Part shown: piece after piece, positions 10,173 to 21,849 of the stretch | Numbering within the stretch: the first letter of the stretch is position 1 | Layout: each line of letters begins with the position of its first letter | NCBI GenBank assembly: GCA_949841245.1 | Contig: CATKYT010000004.1 | Span: forward strand, 1-63,916 | Direction of reading: 5' to 3' | Length of the DNA: 63,916 nucleotides | DNA from: an uncultured Eubacteriales bacterium | Lineage (GTDB): Bacteria; Bacillota; Clostridia; Christensenellales; UBA1242 | Notes under the pieces: generated by a model | What the model was told of the DNA's origin: nothing | Database searches by the model: none | What the model saw: the letters and a program-made list of their open reading frames with translations, nothing else | Program-made: the position numbers and the translations under genes

Positions 10173-10197
10173 AAAGCAAGTTAATCTTGCTTTTTTT
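10173..10197 (+). terminator. Rho-independent terminator about 155 nt after the glnS stop
   Basis: AAGCAAG-TTAAT-CTTGCTT followed by T7. Confidence 0.8.
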
Positions 10198-10245
10198 GTC
10201 TTATTTTTATTGGACAATTTGTTTATAATTGTTTATAATAATTTT

Positions 10246-10947
10246 ATGTTAATGCTGATTCCAATCATATTGTCGCTTGTCGGCACAATAATTTTGATTG
10301 TTTTAGGATGTTTTTATAAAAGCAGTCCTGTAAGTTTATTGTTGAAATCTTTGGCTTTGATTGGGACTCTTGCTTTGGCTCTCTCATGTGCCATTTATGA
10401 AGGAACATTTTATGGATATTCCATCTTTGTAATTTTAGCAGTTGCACCACAATTTTTGTCACTTATAAATTTAAAAGAAATATTTAAACCAAAACAAGAT
10501 GTTGCTTTGGAAAATAATGAATCAAACAGCCTGCCAAATCATGGCATTATGTCAAGCAACAACTCTTTCATGACCAGCATTGCCATTTTTTTAACTGCAA
10601 TTTGTCTTGGATTTTGTGCTTTATTTTTGGGAAAAGAAACAGTTTACGGCTTCTTAATTGGACTTGGCGTTGGACTTGCTGTTACATTCTTGCTTTTGGC
10701 ACTTAAACGCATTACAAACTTGTTTGACATAGCAAGTTGTTTCTTAATGTTTACTGGTGCTGGAATTGCTTTTGGACACATCATTTCAGTTTTAATTTAT
10801 TCATTCACTCTTACAAACATATTGTTTGCATTAGGTGCTTTGATTTATGTTGTCTATGTTGCCCTAACATACTTTTGGAAAAACAACTACACTCAAATCG
10901 CCTATTTTCTGTCTATGTTTGTAATTTTTTCAACACTTATCATTTAA
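10246..10947 (+). CDS. Polytopic membrane protein, unknown function
   Basis: About 6-7 hydrophobic segments. Start set at the ATG at 10246; the ORF track uses the TTG at 10210, which lies inside TATAAT-like sequence. No clear RBS. Confidence 0.7.
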   Translation: MLMLIPIILSLVGTIILIVLGCFYKSSPVSLLLKSLALIGTLALALSCAIYEGTFYGYSIFVILAVAPQFLSLINLKEIFKPKQDVALENNESNSLPNHGIMSSNNSFMTSIAIFLTAICLGFCALFLGKETVYGFLIGLGVGLAVTFLLLALKRITNLFDIASCFLMFTGAGIAFGHIISVLIYSFTLTNILFALGALIYVVYVALTYFWKNNYTQIAYFLSMFVIFSTLII

Positions 10948-10954
10948 AACAAAA

Positions 10955-10981
10955 CAGCAACCTTACGGTCGCTGTTTTTTA
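10955..10981 (+). terminator. Rho-independent terminator
   Basis: CAGCAACC-TTAC-GGTCGCTG (one mismatch) followed by T6. Confidence 0.7.
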
Positions 10982-11049
10982 ATATACTTTTTCGATTTAC
11001 TGTTTGTGAACCTTCGGAAGAAAGTTTAACTACTTCTTTTGCAAAACCT

Positions 11050-11415
11050 TCAATTTTCTTTTGTAAAACGCCATTGTTTAAAATAAGTTAAAAGGTTATT
11101 TTCATTTAATTTGATTTCAAAAACACCATCAATATTTTGAACAATATTAGTTTGGGTCATGGTTCTTGTCATAATGAAATGAACCATACACCTTTCTTCA
11201 TCTTCTGCCAAAATGTCAAATCTATAAGAAATATCTTTTTGATTTTGTGGAACAATTGCCCATAATGGTTTAATATCTTCTTTTCGAGTGAGAGGTTTGT
11301 CAATAGGATTTTCGTAATATTCTATTTCATCTGCAAAAAGTTTACAAATCTCCCCCCCCTCAAGGTTTTTCCATGACTCCATAAATTGATAAGTAAATTT
11401 TTGATAATTTTTCAT
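11050..11415 (-). CDS. NTF2/SnoaL-like small protein
   Basis: 121 aa with a pattern typical of the NTF2-like fold (tentative). TGA stop. Contains a G8 tract on the coding strand (C8 at 11352-11359). Confidence 0.65.
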   Translation of the reverse strand: MKNYQKFTYQFMESWKNLEGGEICKLFADEIEYYENPIDKPLTRKEDIKPLWAIVPQNQKDISYRFDILAEDEERCMVHFIMTRTMTQTNIVQNIDGVFEIKLNENNLLTYFKQWRFTKEN

Positions 11416-11516
11416 AATGTCTCCTTAAAATAATATAACATAAATATGCAAAGCGACCAAATAAATTAATAAAATTTGTCTAAATGTCTTAAATTTAAAA
11501 TTTTTCAATATTTTGC

Positions 11517-11545
11517 TTGACAAACACATAGAATAAGCATATAAT
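11517..11545 (+). promoter_or_regulatory. Consensus sigma-A promoter for the initiator tRNA
   Basis: TTGACA (11517-11522), 17-nt spacer, TATAAT (11540-11545), 11 nt before the tRNA 5' end. Confidence 0.8.
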
Positions 11546-11556
11546 AAACAACATGA

Positions 11557-11633
<77 letters not shown>

Positions 11634-11635
11634 AA

Positions 11636-11667
11636 ATAAGGCTCAATCGCAAGATAGAGCTTTTTTT
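11636..11667 (+). terminator. Rho-independent terminator after tRNA-fMet
   Basis: AAGGCTC ... GAGCTT stem followed by T7. Confidence 0.7.
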
Positions 11668-11785
11668 ATTTTATGTTATAAATAATAAAATAAAGATTTT
11701 TTATAAAACTCTTAAATAAAATTTCAAATTAATTATTGAAATGTAAAAACTTTTATGTTAAAATAGAAATAACTAGGAGGTAAAA

Positions 11786-12862
11786 ATGGATTTTCAATTT
11801 GAAGGATTTGGATTAGGTCAAAGAATAAACTCACATTTCAATAACTGGTTACCACTTAATCCTGATGTATATCTCATAAATAAACCAACTGTGCTTGTAG
11901 TTGGAGGCAATGCAACAACTGGGTCTTTTGGTGCAAATGGTAATGCAAAAATTATTCAGAGTATGCTTGACAGCACAAAAACAAAAGCAGAACTGCTTTC
12001 AGTTTATTATAATGGAAAGGTATATACTGATGGACTGTTTGAATACTATTGCAGAAGATTTACCAGAGATTTGTTTACCCCACTGCTTTGTTCAGGGAAT
12101 AAAAAATTGCCAGTTGAAGAAGCATGCAAAAACATGCGCAACGTTACTATATTTGCGCATAGTTTGGGTGGAAAAACTGTTGAAAATATTATTTCTGAAA
12201 TGCAAGACATTATGAAAAAGTTTAACTATAAAGACGATGAAATAAGCAAAATTACAAAACAAGTTTTTGTTGTTTCATATGGAATTACAATGGTTCAACC
12301 ATATATTAATCATCTAAGCATTGTTTCTCCATCAGATGAACATTTCTTCCATTCTGGAGAATTTTTCTGGAATAAAATGATTTGGAAATTGATGGCTTTG
12401 GAAAAGTTAACACCTTCTGACAAAGCAAAATTAAAACCAGAAGATATAGTCAATATTCCACAAAAAGATATGGAAGCGTTATTAAAATTAAGTTATCCCC
12501 TGGACTCTCCACGCCTTATAAAAGAATTTTATAACAACAATGAACGCTGTTATGTTATGCAGGAAAGTGAAAATCAACTTCAACTTGTAACATCTCCACT
12601 GCGTTTCAACCACCAAGATCACGAGATAACACAGTTTACCCGCACAAATGATGGAACACAAAATATTAACGCCACAAAAACTGGTGATTATGTAAGCAGA
12701 TGTATAGCTGATGCTTTAAAATATTCAGTTGATAACTCAAATATAAACGCCACATCAGATAAGTTTATCCCATTCAGCATTTCAAGACTTAGAACAAATT
12801 TGGAAGCGATTGTTCAACCACTAAACGAGAAAACTCTGAATATGCCACGAGAAAAAATTTAA
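11786..12862 (+). CDS. Putative serine hydrolase (alpha/beta-hydrolase-like), unknown substrate
   Basis: 358 aa with a strong RBS (AGGAGG). Nucleophile-elbow-like FAHSLGG motif. No further family recognised. Confidence 0.6.
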   Translation: MDFQFEGFGLGQRINSHFNNWLPLNPDVYLINKPTVLVVGGNATTGSFGANGNAKIIQSMLDSTKTKAELLSVYYNGKVYTDGLFEYYCRRFTRDLFTPLLCSGNKKLPVEEACKNMRNVTIFAHSLGGKTVENIISEMQDIMKKFNYKDDEISKITKQVFVVSYGITMVQPYINHLSIVSPSDEHFFHSGEFFWNKMIWKLMALEKLTPSDKAKLKPEDIVNIPQKDMEALLKLSYPLDSPRLIKEFYNNNERCYVMQESENQLQLVTSPLRFNHQDHEITQFTRTNDGTQNINATKTGDYVSRCIADALKYSVDNSNINATSDKFIPFSISRLRTNLEAIVQPLNEKTLNMPREKI

Positions 12863-12920
12863 ATTTCAAGTTTAATAGGTTTGTTCATATATTAAAGTAA
12901 AAATTAAAAAAATAAAATAT

Positions 12921-12946
12921 AAAGATAAGGATTCCCTTATCTTTTT
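12921..12946 (+). terminator. Rho-independent terminator
   Basis: AGATAAGG-ATTC-CCTTATCT followed by T6. Confidence 0.8.
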
Positions 12947-13016
12947 TGTTTTATATACCTAATTTCTTAAAAAATTTTGTTTTTTCGCTTCCTTTATTGC
13001 CTTATATATGATATAA

Positions 13017-15026
<2,010 letters not shown>

Positions 15027-15076
15027 TAAAGTTAAAGCCAGATTATTTAACAAATTAATGTAAGGAGAAATTATAC

Positions 15077-15409
15077 ATGTTGGATAAACAGTTTTACAAT
15101 GAAACTTTTGACAAATTTATTTCTGCTTGGGGCGAAGAAAGCGAATACAGAATGTGCATTGAAGAAATGAGCGAACTTACAAAAGAACTTTGTAAGTTTA
15201 TGAGATATTCAAGAAATGATAAGTCTAAAGAAAACGACCAAAAACTTGAAGAAATTAAGAAAAACATCATTGAAGAAACCGCCGATGTCTTAATTTGTGC
15301 AAGTCAAATAAAAAAATTGTTTGGCGAAAAAGAAGTTGAAAATGTTATGGATTTTAAAATTCAACGCGGAAGAAAAATTGTAGACAAATATATTGAAGAA
15401 CATAAATAA
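15077..15409 (+). CDS. MazG-like all-alpha nucleotide pyrophosphohydrolase family protein
   Basis: 110 aa. Paired acidic helices ([11 protein letters not shown] ... [10 protein letters not shown]) typical of MazG-like NTP-PPases. AAGGAGA RBS. Lies between gyrB and gyrA. Confidence 0.6.
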   Translation: MLDKQFYNETFDKFISAWGEESEYRMCIEEMSELTKELCKFMRYSRNDKSKENDQKLEEIKKNIIEETADVLICASQIKKLFGEKEVENVMDFKIQRGRKIVDKYIEEHK

Positions 15410-15438
15410 TTGCGACAAAAACCAAAAAGGAAAAAGAA

Positions 15439-17967
15439 ATGAATAAAAAAGAAGAAAACAAGAAAAATTTAAAAGAACTTTTGGAAAACGAAAGAGTTCA
15501 GCCTATTGAAGTTGTTGGAGAATTAAAAAAATCCTTCATCTCTTATGCCATGGCTGTCAATGTAAGTCGTGCCATTCCAGATGTTAGAGATGGTTTGAAA
15601 CCAGTTCATAGAAGAATTTTATATTCTATGGGCGAACTTAACAATTTCTTTAACAGCCCACACAAAAAAAGTGCGCGTATTGTTGGTGAAGTTATGGGTA
15701 AATATCACCCACATGGCGACAGTTCAATTTATGACGCTTTGGTGCGTTTGGCACAAAATTTTTCAATAAGATATCCCCTTGTCGATGGACATGGAAACTT
15801 TGGTTCTGTCGATGGTGACCCTGCCGCTGCCATGCGTTATACAGAAGCAAGACTTTCCAAGATTGCTGGGCTTATGTTGAGCGACATTGAAAAAGAAACA
15901 GTTGATTTCTATCCAAACTTTGATGACACCCTTATGCAACCAACTGTGCTTCCAGCAAGATTTCCAAACCTTTTGGTTAATGGTGCTGACGGCATCGCTG
16001 TCGGTATGGCAACAAACATTCCGCCACACAACCTTACAGAAGTTATAAATGGTGTTCAGGCACTTATTGACAATCCTGACATTGACATAGATGAACTGAT
16101 TAAAATCATTCCTGCACCTGATTATCCAACAGGCGGCATAATTATGGGAAGAACTGCTGTTAAACACGCTTACAAAACAGGCCGTGGTGGAATTTTGGTG
16201 CGTGGACGCGCTGAAATAGAAGAAACTTCTTCCGGCAGACAAAGAATTGTTATTACCGAACTTCCTTATGGCGTCAACAAGGCTCGTTTTATTACACAAA
16301 TTGCTGACCTTGTTAAAAACAAAAAAATTGAAGGAATAAGCGATCTTAAAGAAGAAAGTGACAGAGATGGACTTAGAGTTGTAGTTGACATTAAAAAGGA
16401 TGCAAATGCACAAGTCGTTTTAAATTCTCTTTATAAACACACAATGCTTCAACAAAGCAGTGGAATTATTATGCTTGCTTTGGTTAACCGCGAACCTAAG
16501 GTTTTAAACCTTAAAGAAATGCTTTATTATTACCTTGAACACCAAAAAGAAGTTGAAGTAAGAAAAACTAAATTTAACCTTGCAAAAGCCGAAGAACGCG
16601 CACATATTGTTCGTGGGCTTGTTACCGCTCTTGCAAGCATTGACGAAGTAATTAAAATCATTAAACAGTCAAAAGATAAGCAAGAAGCATGCGTCAACTT
16701 GACCACAAACTTCGAACTTGATGAAATTCAAGCAAATGCTATTTTGGAAATGCGTCTTTCTAAACTTACAAGTTTGGAAGTGGAAAAACTTAAAGAAGAA
16801 CTTGCCGAACTTGAAGCATTAATTGCCGACCTTAAAGACATATTAGAAAAACCTGCAAGAGTATTAAAAATCATCAGAGATGATTTGGAACAAGTTAAAC
16901 TTTCTTTTGGCGATGAAAGAAAGACAGAAATCAGCATGGAAATGGGTGGAATTGACATAGAAGACCTTATTCCAGAAGAAAATGTAATCATTTCCATGAC
17001 ACATATGGGATACATCAAGCGTATGTCAACAGAAGAATATCGTGCACAACGCCGTGGTGGTGTTGGCATAACTGCTCATAAAACCAAAGATGAAGATTTT
17101 GTTGAGAAGATGTTTGTAACATCGACTCATGACACTTTGTTATTCTTCACAAACCTTGGCAAAGTTTACAGTGCAAAAGCATATGAAATTCCAGAAGCAC
17201 AAAGACAAGCCAAAGGCAGAGCAATCATCAATCTTCTTCAATTAAGCCTTGGAGAAAAAGTAAACACAATTATTGCAATGAAAAGCGAAACAGAAAACAA
17301 CTTCTTAATTATGGCAACAAAAAATGGTCTTATTAAGAAAACACCATTAAGTGAATATTCAAACATCAGAAAAGTTGGCAAAATTGCCGTTAAACTTGTT
17401 GAAGGAGATGAACTTATTGGCGTAGACATTACAAACGGAAAAGACGACATCTTAATTGCTTCACATGACGGAAAATGTATTCGTTTCAATGAAACAGATG
17501 TCAGAGTGGTTGGTCGTGACAGTCAAGGTGTTCGAAGCATGAAACTTTCATCAAAAGACTATGTTGTCGACATGGCAATAATAAAAGAAAATTCCACAAT
17601 TATAACTATTTCAGAAAATGGTTATGGCAAAAAGACAAATGTTGATGAATTCAGAGTTCAACAACGCGGTGGTTCAGGCGTTAAGGCAGGAACATTCAAT
17701 GATAAAACAGGCAAACTGGTTGCCCTTAAACAAATCGTTGAAGATTGTGACCTTCTTCTTATTGCAGACAGCGGAGTTATCATAAGAACACCAATTGATG
17801 ACATCAGTCAATTTTCAAGAACAAGCCAAGGTGTAAGAATTATGAAACTTAAAAATGAAGCAAAAATCACCAGTGTGGCAATTACTGAAAAAGAAGAAGA
17901 TGAAACTGCTGAAAAAGAGCAAGAAGAAGCAACTGAAAATATAGAAACTGCTGAAAAAGAAGATTAA
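15439..17967 (+). CDS. gyrA: DNA gyrase subunit A
   Basis: 842 aa. AMRYTE active-site Tyr region, quinolone-resistance-region-like [14 protein letters not shown]-terminal beta-pinwheel repeats, acidic tail. Confidence 0.97.
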   Translation: MNKKEENKKNLKELLENERVQPIEVVGELKKSFISYAMAVNVSRAIPDVRDGLKPVHRRILYSMGELNNFFNSPHKKSARIVGEVMGKYHPHGDSSIYDALVRLAQNFSIRYPLVDGHGNFGSVDGDPAAAMRYTEARLSKIAGLMLSDIEKETVDFYPNFDDTLMQPTVLPARFPNLLVNGADGIAVGMATNIPPHNLTEVINGVQALIDNPDIDIDELIKIIPAPDYPTGGIIMGRTAVKHAYKTGRGGILVRGRAEIEETSSGRQRIVITELPYGVNKARFITQIADLVKNKKIEGISDLKEESDRDGLRVVVDIKKDANAQVVLNSLYKHTMLQQSSGIIMLALVNREPKVLNLKEMLYYYLEHQKEVEVRKTKFNLAKAEERAHIVRGLVTALASIDEVIKIIKQSKDKQEACVNLTTNFELDEIQANAILEMRLSKLTSLEVEKLKEELAELEALIADLKDILEKPARVLKIIRDDLEQVKLSFGDERKTEISMEMGGIDIEDLIPEENVIISMTHMGYIKRMSTEEYRAQRRGGVGITAHKTKDEDFVEKMFVTSTHDTLLFFTNLGKVYSAKAYEIPEAQRQAKGRAIINLLQLSLGEKVNTIIAMKSETENNFLIMATKNGLIKKTPLSEYSNIRKVGKIAVKLVEGDELIGVDITNGKDDILIASHDGKCIRFNETDVRVVGRDSQGVRSMKLSSKDYVVDMAIIKENSTIITISENGYGKKTNVDEFRVQQRGGSGVKAGTFNDKTGKLVALKQIVEDCDLLLIADSGVIIRTPIDDISQFSRTSQGVRIMKLKNEAKITSVAITEKEEDETAEKEQEEATENIETAEKED

Positions 17968-18018
17968 ACCTTTTAATCTTCTTTTATTGCATTAAAACAC
18001 TATGCTTGGGAGATAAGA

Positions 18019-20055
18019 ATGGATAAAATTGTCAAACAGCAAGAAAGGGAATATCTTGCAAGAGTTATCAAGGAAATAGATAACATTAAAATTAAAAACA
18101 ACAAAAAAATCAGAGATAACAACAAAAACATTGAAGGTTTAAAAAAATATTTCTCCGATAACTATTATGACATAGGTCATACAAACAAAGATGAATATGC
18201 CAGCATAAACATTCAAATTGAAAACACGCAAATTCAAAATGACAATCTGCACAGAGAAATAACTCGTCTTGATAAACAGAAAAAAACACCCTATTTTGGA
18301 AGATTTGATTTCAAAGCAAATTCAGAAAAAAACAGCAGTCCATATTACATAGGACTTGGTTTCGTCAAAGATAAAGAAAACACCAATTTAGTCTATGATT
18401 GGCGTGCTGATGTCTGTTCGCTTTATTATGATGACAAAGTTGGCAAAACATCTTACACCTGCCCTGATGGCGAAATCAAAGGAGAAGTAACTTTAAAACG
18501 CCAATATAAAATTGAAAATGCCGAACTTTCTTATTACATTGACAGCTCTATGCTTATTGATGATGACATCTTAATGGAACAACTTTCCAAAAATGCCACC
18601 ACTAAAATGCACGACATTGTTTCCACAATTCAAAAAGAACAAAATATAATGATTCGTGATAACGATTTTGTAAACACCATCGTTCAAGGCGTTGCCGGTT
18701 CTGGAAAAACTTCCATTGCGATGCACAGAGTTTCCTATTTGCTTTTTAAATATCGACATTATCTTAAAAGTGAAGACATCTTAATTTTGTCACCAACCGA
18801 ACAATTTTCAAACTATATAGATGAAGTTTTGCCAGCAATTGGCGAAGAAAGTGCTTTCACAACCACTTTTGCAGAAATGGCAAAAAGACTTTTAGGAGAA
18901 AAGTTTGAAAATCGAGAAGAACTGTTGGAAAAAGTTGTGGCAAATCAAAATCAAAAAGACTTTGAAAACATTGCCATTAAATCCAGTTTTGAATTTTTGG
19001 AAGAAATAAAAAATTTCTTAAACAATGACATCTGCAATTTATTTATTCCTAAAACCATGGTCTTTGGTGATATTACAATTGAAAAAAATGAAATTCATGA
19101 CATTTATTTTAATCGTCTTAAAAACTTACCTGTTCATAAACGAATTGAAATCTTGGCAGAAAACATTGTTGACAGATTCAAGATTCCTGATTTTGAACGA
19201 AGTGACCTTGTTAAGCGTGCCAAAAAACTTTTATACAACAAATTTATAACAACCGACTTACTTAAAATCTATAACATGTTTTTGCGTGCTTCCGAACTTG
19301 AAGAAGTGGATAAGATTGGAGCCTATGACATTGCCCCAATTTTGCTTATAAAAGAAAACCTGTTTTCGTTGAACAACAACTTTGATGCCAAATATGTCAT
19401 TGTCGATGAAATGCAAGATTACACACCATGCCATTTCTATCTGTTTGACAAAATTTGGAAATGTTCAAAACTTTATTTAGGTGATATAAACCAAAGCATA
19501 GACAAAACTTTGCCACTCTCTTACATCAACAACTTGGCAAAATTGACAAAAAGTAAAATTAAATTTTTGACAAAATCTTACAGAAGCACTTTGCAAATTT
19601 CTTTATTCTCTCAAAAGATTTTAGGCAAAAAGATTGCCGACAATGTAAACAGGCAAGGCGAAGAAGTGGAATGTATAACATCTCGTGACTGTGCAAAGAC
19701 AATTGAAAAGATTGTGGAATTACGCAAGAAAAATCCACACTATAAAAATCAAAGCATTGCCATTATTTGCAAAACAAATGAAGAAATTAAAGCACTTCAA
19801 AAAGCAAGTGCAATAATTAAGAAGTTTAAACCGCTTAATTCTTCAACAAAAACACAATTGTTTATTTCCACCCCAGCAAAAGCCAAAGGTGTGGAATTTG
19901 ACTGCGTTATAATGCCTTTTGCCACAGAAAAGAACTTTCATAACGAACTTGACAGAAATTTACTTTATGTGGCAAGCACTCGAGCATTGCATAAACTTTA
20001 TTTCATAAGCAATGGAAAACCAAGCAAATTCTTAATGAAAAACACATCTAAATAA
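18019..20055 (+). CDS. helD: HelD-type (helicase IV-like) UvrD-family ATPase
   Basis: 678 aa. N-terminal coiled-coil plus PYFGRFDF...YYIG motif, Walker A GVAGSGKTSIAMHR, DEMQD Walker B, C-terminal GVEFD motif. Confidence 0.85.
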   Translation: MDKIVKQQEREYLARVIKEIDNIKIKNNKKIRDNNKNIEGLKKYFSDNYYDIGHTNKDEYASINIQIENTQIQNDNLHREITRLDKQKKTPYFGRFDFKANSEKNSSPYYIGLGFVKDKENTNLVYDWRADVCSLYYDDKVGKTSYTCPDGEIKGEVTLKRQYKIENAELSYYIDSSMLIDDDILMEQLSKNATTKMHDIVSTIQKEQNIMIRDNDFVNTIVQGVAGSGKTSIAMHRVSYLLFKYRHYLKSEDILILSPTEQFSNYIDEVLPAIGEESAFTTTFAEMAKRLLGEKFENREELLEKVVANQNQKDFENIAIKSSFEFLEEIKNFLNNDICNLFIPKTMVFGDITIEKNEIHDIYFNRLKNLPVHKRIEILAENIVDRFKIPDFERSDLVKRAKKLLYNKFITTDLLKIYNMFLRASELEEVDKIGAYDIAPILLIKENLFSLNNNFDAKYVIVDEMQDYTPCHFYLFDKIWKCSKLYLGDINQSIDKTLPLSYINNLAKLTKSKIKFLTKSYRSTLQISLFSQKILGKKIADNVNRQGEEVECITSRDCAKTIEKIVELRKKNPHYKNQSIAIICKTNEEIKALQKASAIIKKFKPLNSSTKTQLFISTPAKAKGVEFDCVIMPFATEKNFHNELDRNLLYVASTRALHKLYFISNGKPSKFLMKNTSK

Positions 20056-20230
20056 TTAACTCTTATGAATTTATATGCAAAACTTATGCATAAAAAACGA
20101 CAATTTTCTTCCGCTTGGTATTTTTAGTTACTATTGCTGAATTTTTAATATTTTGTAATTTATTTTAACTCAAATTTATACACATCATAAAGGTCTATTT
20201 TAATAACTTTCTTATCAAAATTTGAAAAAT

Positions 20231-20368
20231 TTATCCACAAAAATGTGGAAATGTGGATAACTTATGCACTTTTTACACATTTTACCCCCATTTTAGCAAC
20301 TTTGTATAAACATAAACGGATTTGTATATTTATAAATTTGTGGATAAGTGGAAAATCAATGTGTAAAA
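20231..20368. promoter_or_regulatory. DnaA-box cluster
   Basis: Perfect TTATCCACA at 20231-20239. Perfect reverse-strand boxes TGTGGATAA at 20252-20260 and 20339-20347. Boxes matching TTWTNCACA at 20271-20279 (TTTTACACA) and 20360-20368 (reverse). Weaker boxes at 20244-20252 and 20262-20270. Confidence 0.75.
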
Positions 20369-20396
20369 CTTATGTTACATTATATGTGCTTTTTTA

Positions 20397-20426
20397 TTGA
20401 CAAATTTGCCGAATTTGGTTTAAAAT
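20397..20426 (+). promoter_or_regulatory. Sigma-A type promoter for hisS-metG
   Basis: TTGACA (20397-20402), 18-nt spacer, TAAAAT (20421-20426). Confidence 0.6.
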
Positions 20427-20483
20427 TAATGTATTATATACTTTTGATAACTTATTAACGACTGAAATTTTAAGGAGAACCCA

Positions 20484-21821
20484 ATGAACAAACAAAATCT
20501 TATAACTCCAAGAAAATTGCAAGGATTTTGGGAACTTATGCCTAAACAGCAGATGCTTTTTTCCGGCCTTTTAAACAAGATTGAAGAAGTTTTCAAGGCA
20601 AACTGTTTCCTGCCATTAGACACCCCAATTTTGGAATATTCTGAGGCACTTTTGGCAAAAAGTGGTGGAGAAACCGACAAACAAGTTTTTCGCTTTACAA
20701 AAGGCGAAACGGACATGTGTATGCGTTATGATCTTACTGTTCCACTTGCCAGATTTGTTTCCATGCATAAAAACGAACTTACCTTTCCTTTCAAACGCTT
20801 TCAAATTGGAAAAGTCTATCGTGGCGAACGCCCACAAAAAGGTCGTTTCAGAGAATTATATCAATGCGATGCAGACATCATAGGACATGAAACATTGTCA
20901 GAAGTTGCAGATGCAGAATGCATCAATCTTTTCGAAAAATGCTTTGATGCACTTGGGCTTGATGTAAAAATCTTGGTTTCAAACAGAAAGATCTTAGCAG
21001 GATTCATTGAAGAACTTGGTTTTGAAAATAAGTCAACAGAAATTTTTATTGTTTTAGACAAACTGGCTAAAATTCCTGTTGAAGAAGCCCTTTGCGAACT
21101 GAAAGAGATTGGACTTTCAGAAACTGGAAGTCAGCAACTTATTAAACTGACAAAAACCAATGGAACTTTTAAAGAAGTTAAGGATTCAATTTCAAAACTA
21201 AGCCAAAATGAAACTTTTGTTTTGGGTTTGGAAGAATTGGAAAAAACTTCAAACTATTTAAAACTTTTTGGAAACAAATCGGTTGTATATGACCTTTCAA
21301 TCATTCGTGGACACAATTATTACACTGGAACAGTTTTTGAAGGTTTCTTGAAAAACTCAGAATATACTGGTGCAGTTGGTGGTGGTGGACGCTTCGAAAA
21401 TTTGTGCAGTTATTTCTCTGAAACAAAGATGCCAGGCGTTGGAATGAGTGTTGGTATTACGCGTTTGTTTGATGTTTTGCTTGCAGAAAATTATTTTGAT
21501 TTGTCAAAAGCAAATGAAATTGATTGTGCAGTTGTCACCTTTGATGAAACTTTTAATGCAGGATTAGAACTTATGTCAAAATTGCGTCAAAATGGCATCA
21601 AAGCAGAAAGTTTCTATGAAAACAAAACTTTTAAATCACAAATGAAAGAAGCAAACCGCCGTCAAGTAAAATATGTTTTAATTGTTGGAGAAGATGAAGT
21701 TAAATCTGGAAATTACACTTTGAAAAACATGAACTCAGGCGAACAAATTTCCCTTGATTTCAATCAAGTTGTCAAGCAATTAAAAGATGACCGAATGGCA
21801 TCTTTGATGCCTAACAATTAA
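20484..21821 (+). CDS. hisS: Histidyl-tRNA synthetase
   Basis: 445 aa. Class II motifs (RYDLTVPLARF, FQIGKVYRGERPQKGRFRELYQCDADIIG, GGGRFENL). AAGGAGA RBS. Confidence 0.92.
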   Translation: MNKQNLITPRKLQGFWELMPKQQMLFSGLLNKIEEVFKANCFLPLDTPILEYSEALLAKSGGETDKQVFRFTKGETDMCMRYDLTVPLARFVSMHKNELTFPFKRFQIGKVYRGERPQKGRFRELYQCDADIIGHETLSEVADAECINLFEKCFDALGLDVKILVSNRKILAGFIEELGFENKSTEIFIVLDKLAKIPVEEALCELKEIGLSETGSQQLIKLTKTNGTFKEVKDSISKLSQNETFVLGLEELEKTSNYLKLFGNKSVVYDLSIIRGHNYYTGTVFEGFLKNSEYTGAVGGGGRFENLCSYFSETKMPGVGMSVGITRLFDVLLAENYFDLSKANEIDCAVVTFDETFNAGLELMSKLRQNGIKAESFYENKTFKSQMKEANRRQVKYVLIVGEDEVKSGNYTLKNMNSGEQISLDFNQVVKQLKDDRMASLMPNN

Positions 21822-21849
21822 ATAAAACAAACATAAAAAGGAAAAAATT

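Noticed and set aside
9878-10174. 98-aa minus-strand ORF spanning the glnS 3' end and the downstream GC-rich tract
   Set aside because: It overlaps the conserved glnS C-terminus in antisense and has no RBS. At most its distal part could be a decayed gene remnant, which is noted under the 10019-10197 finding.
20056-20483. T-box leader upstream of hisS, and a firm oriC call
   Set aside because: No T-box consensus (…GGTGGTACCGCG…), specifier-loop or antiterminator architecture is visible. The region is dominated by DnaA boxes. I do not call it oriC because dnaA/dnaN are absent and the flanking genes do not diverge from it. It is reported as a DnaA-box cluster only.
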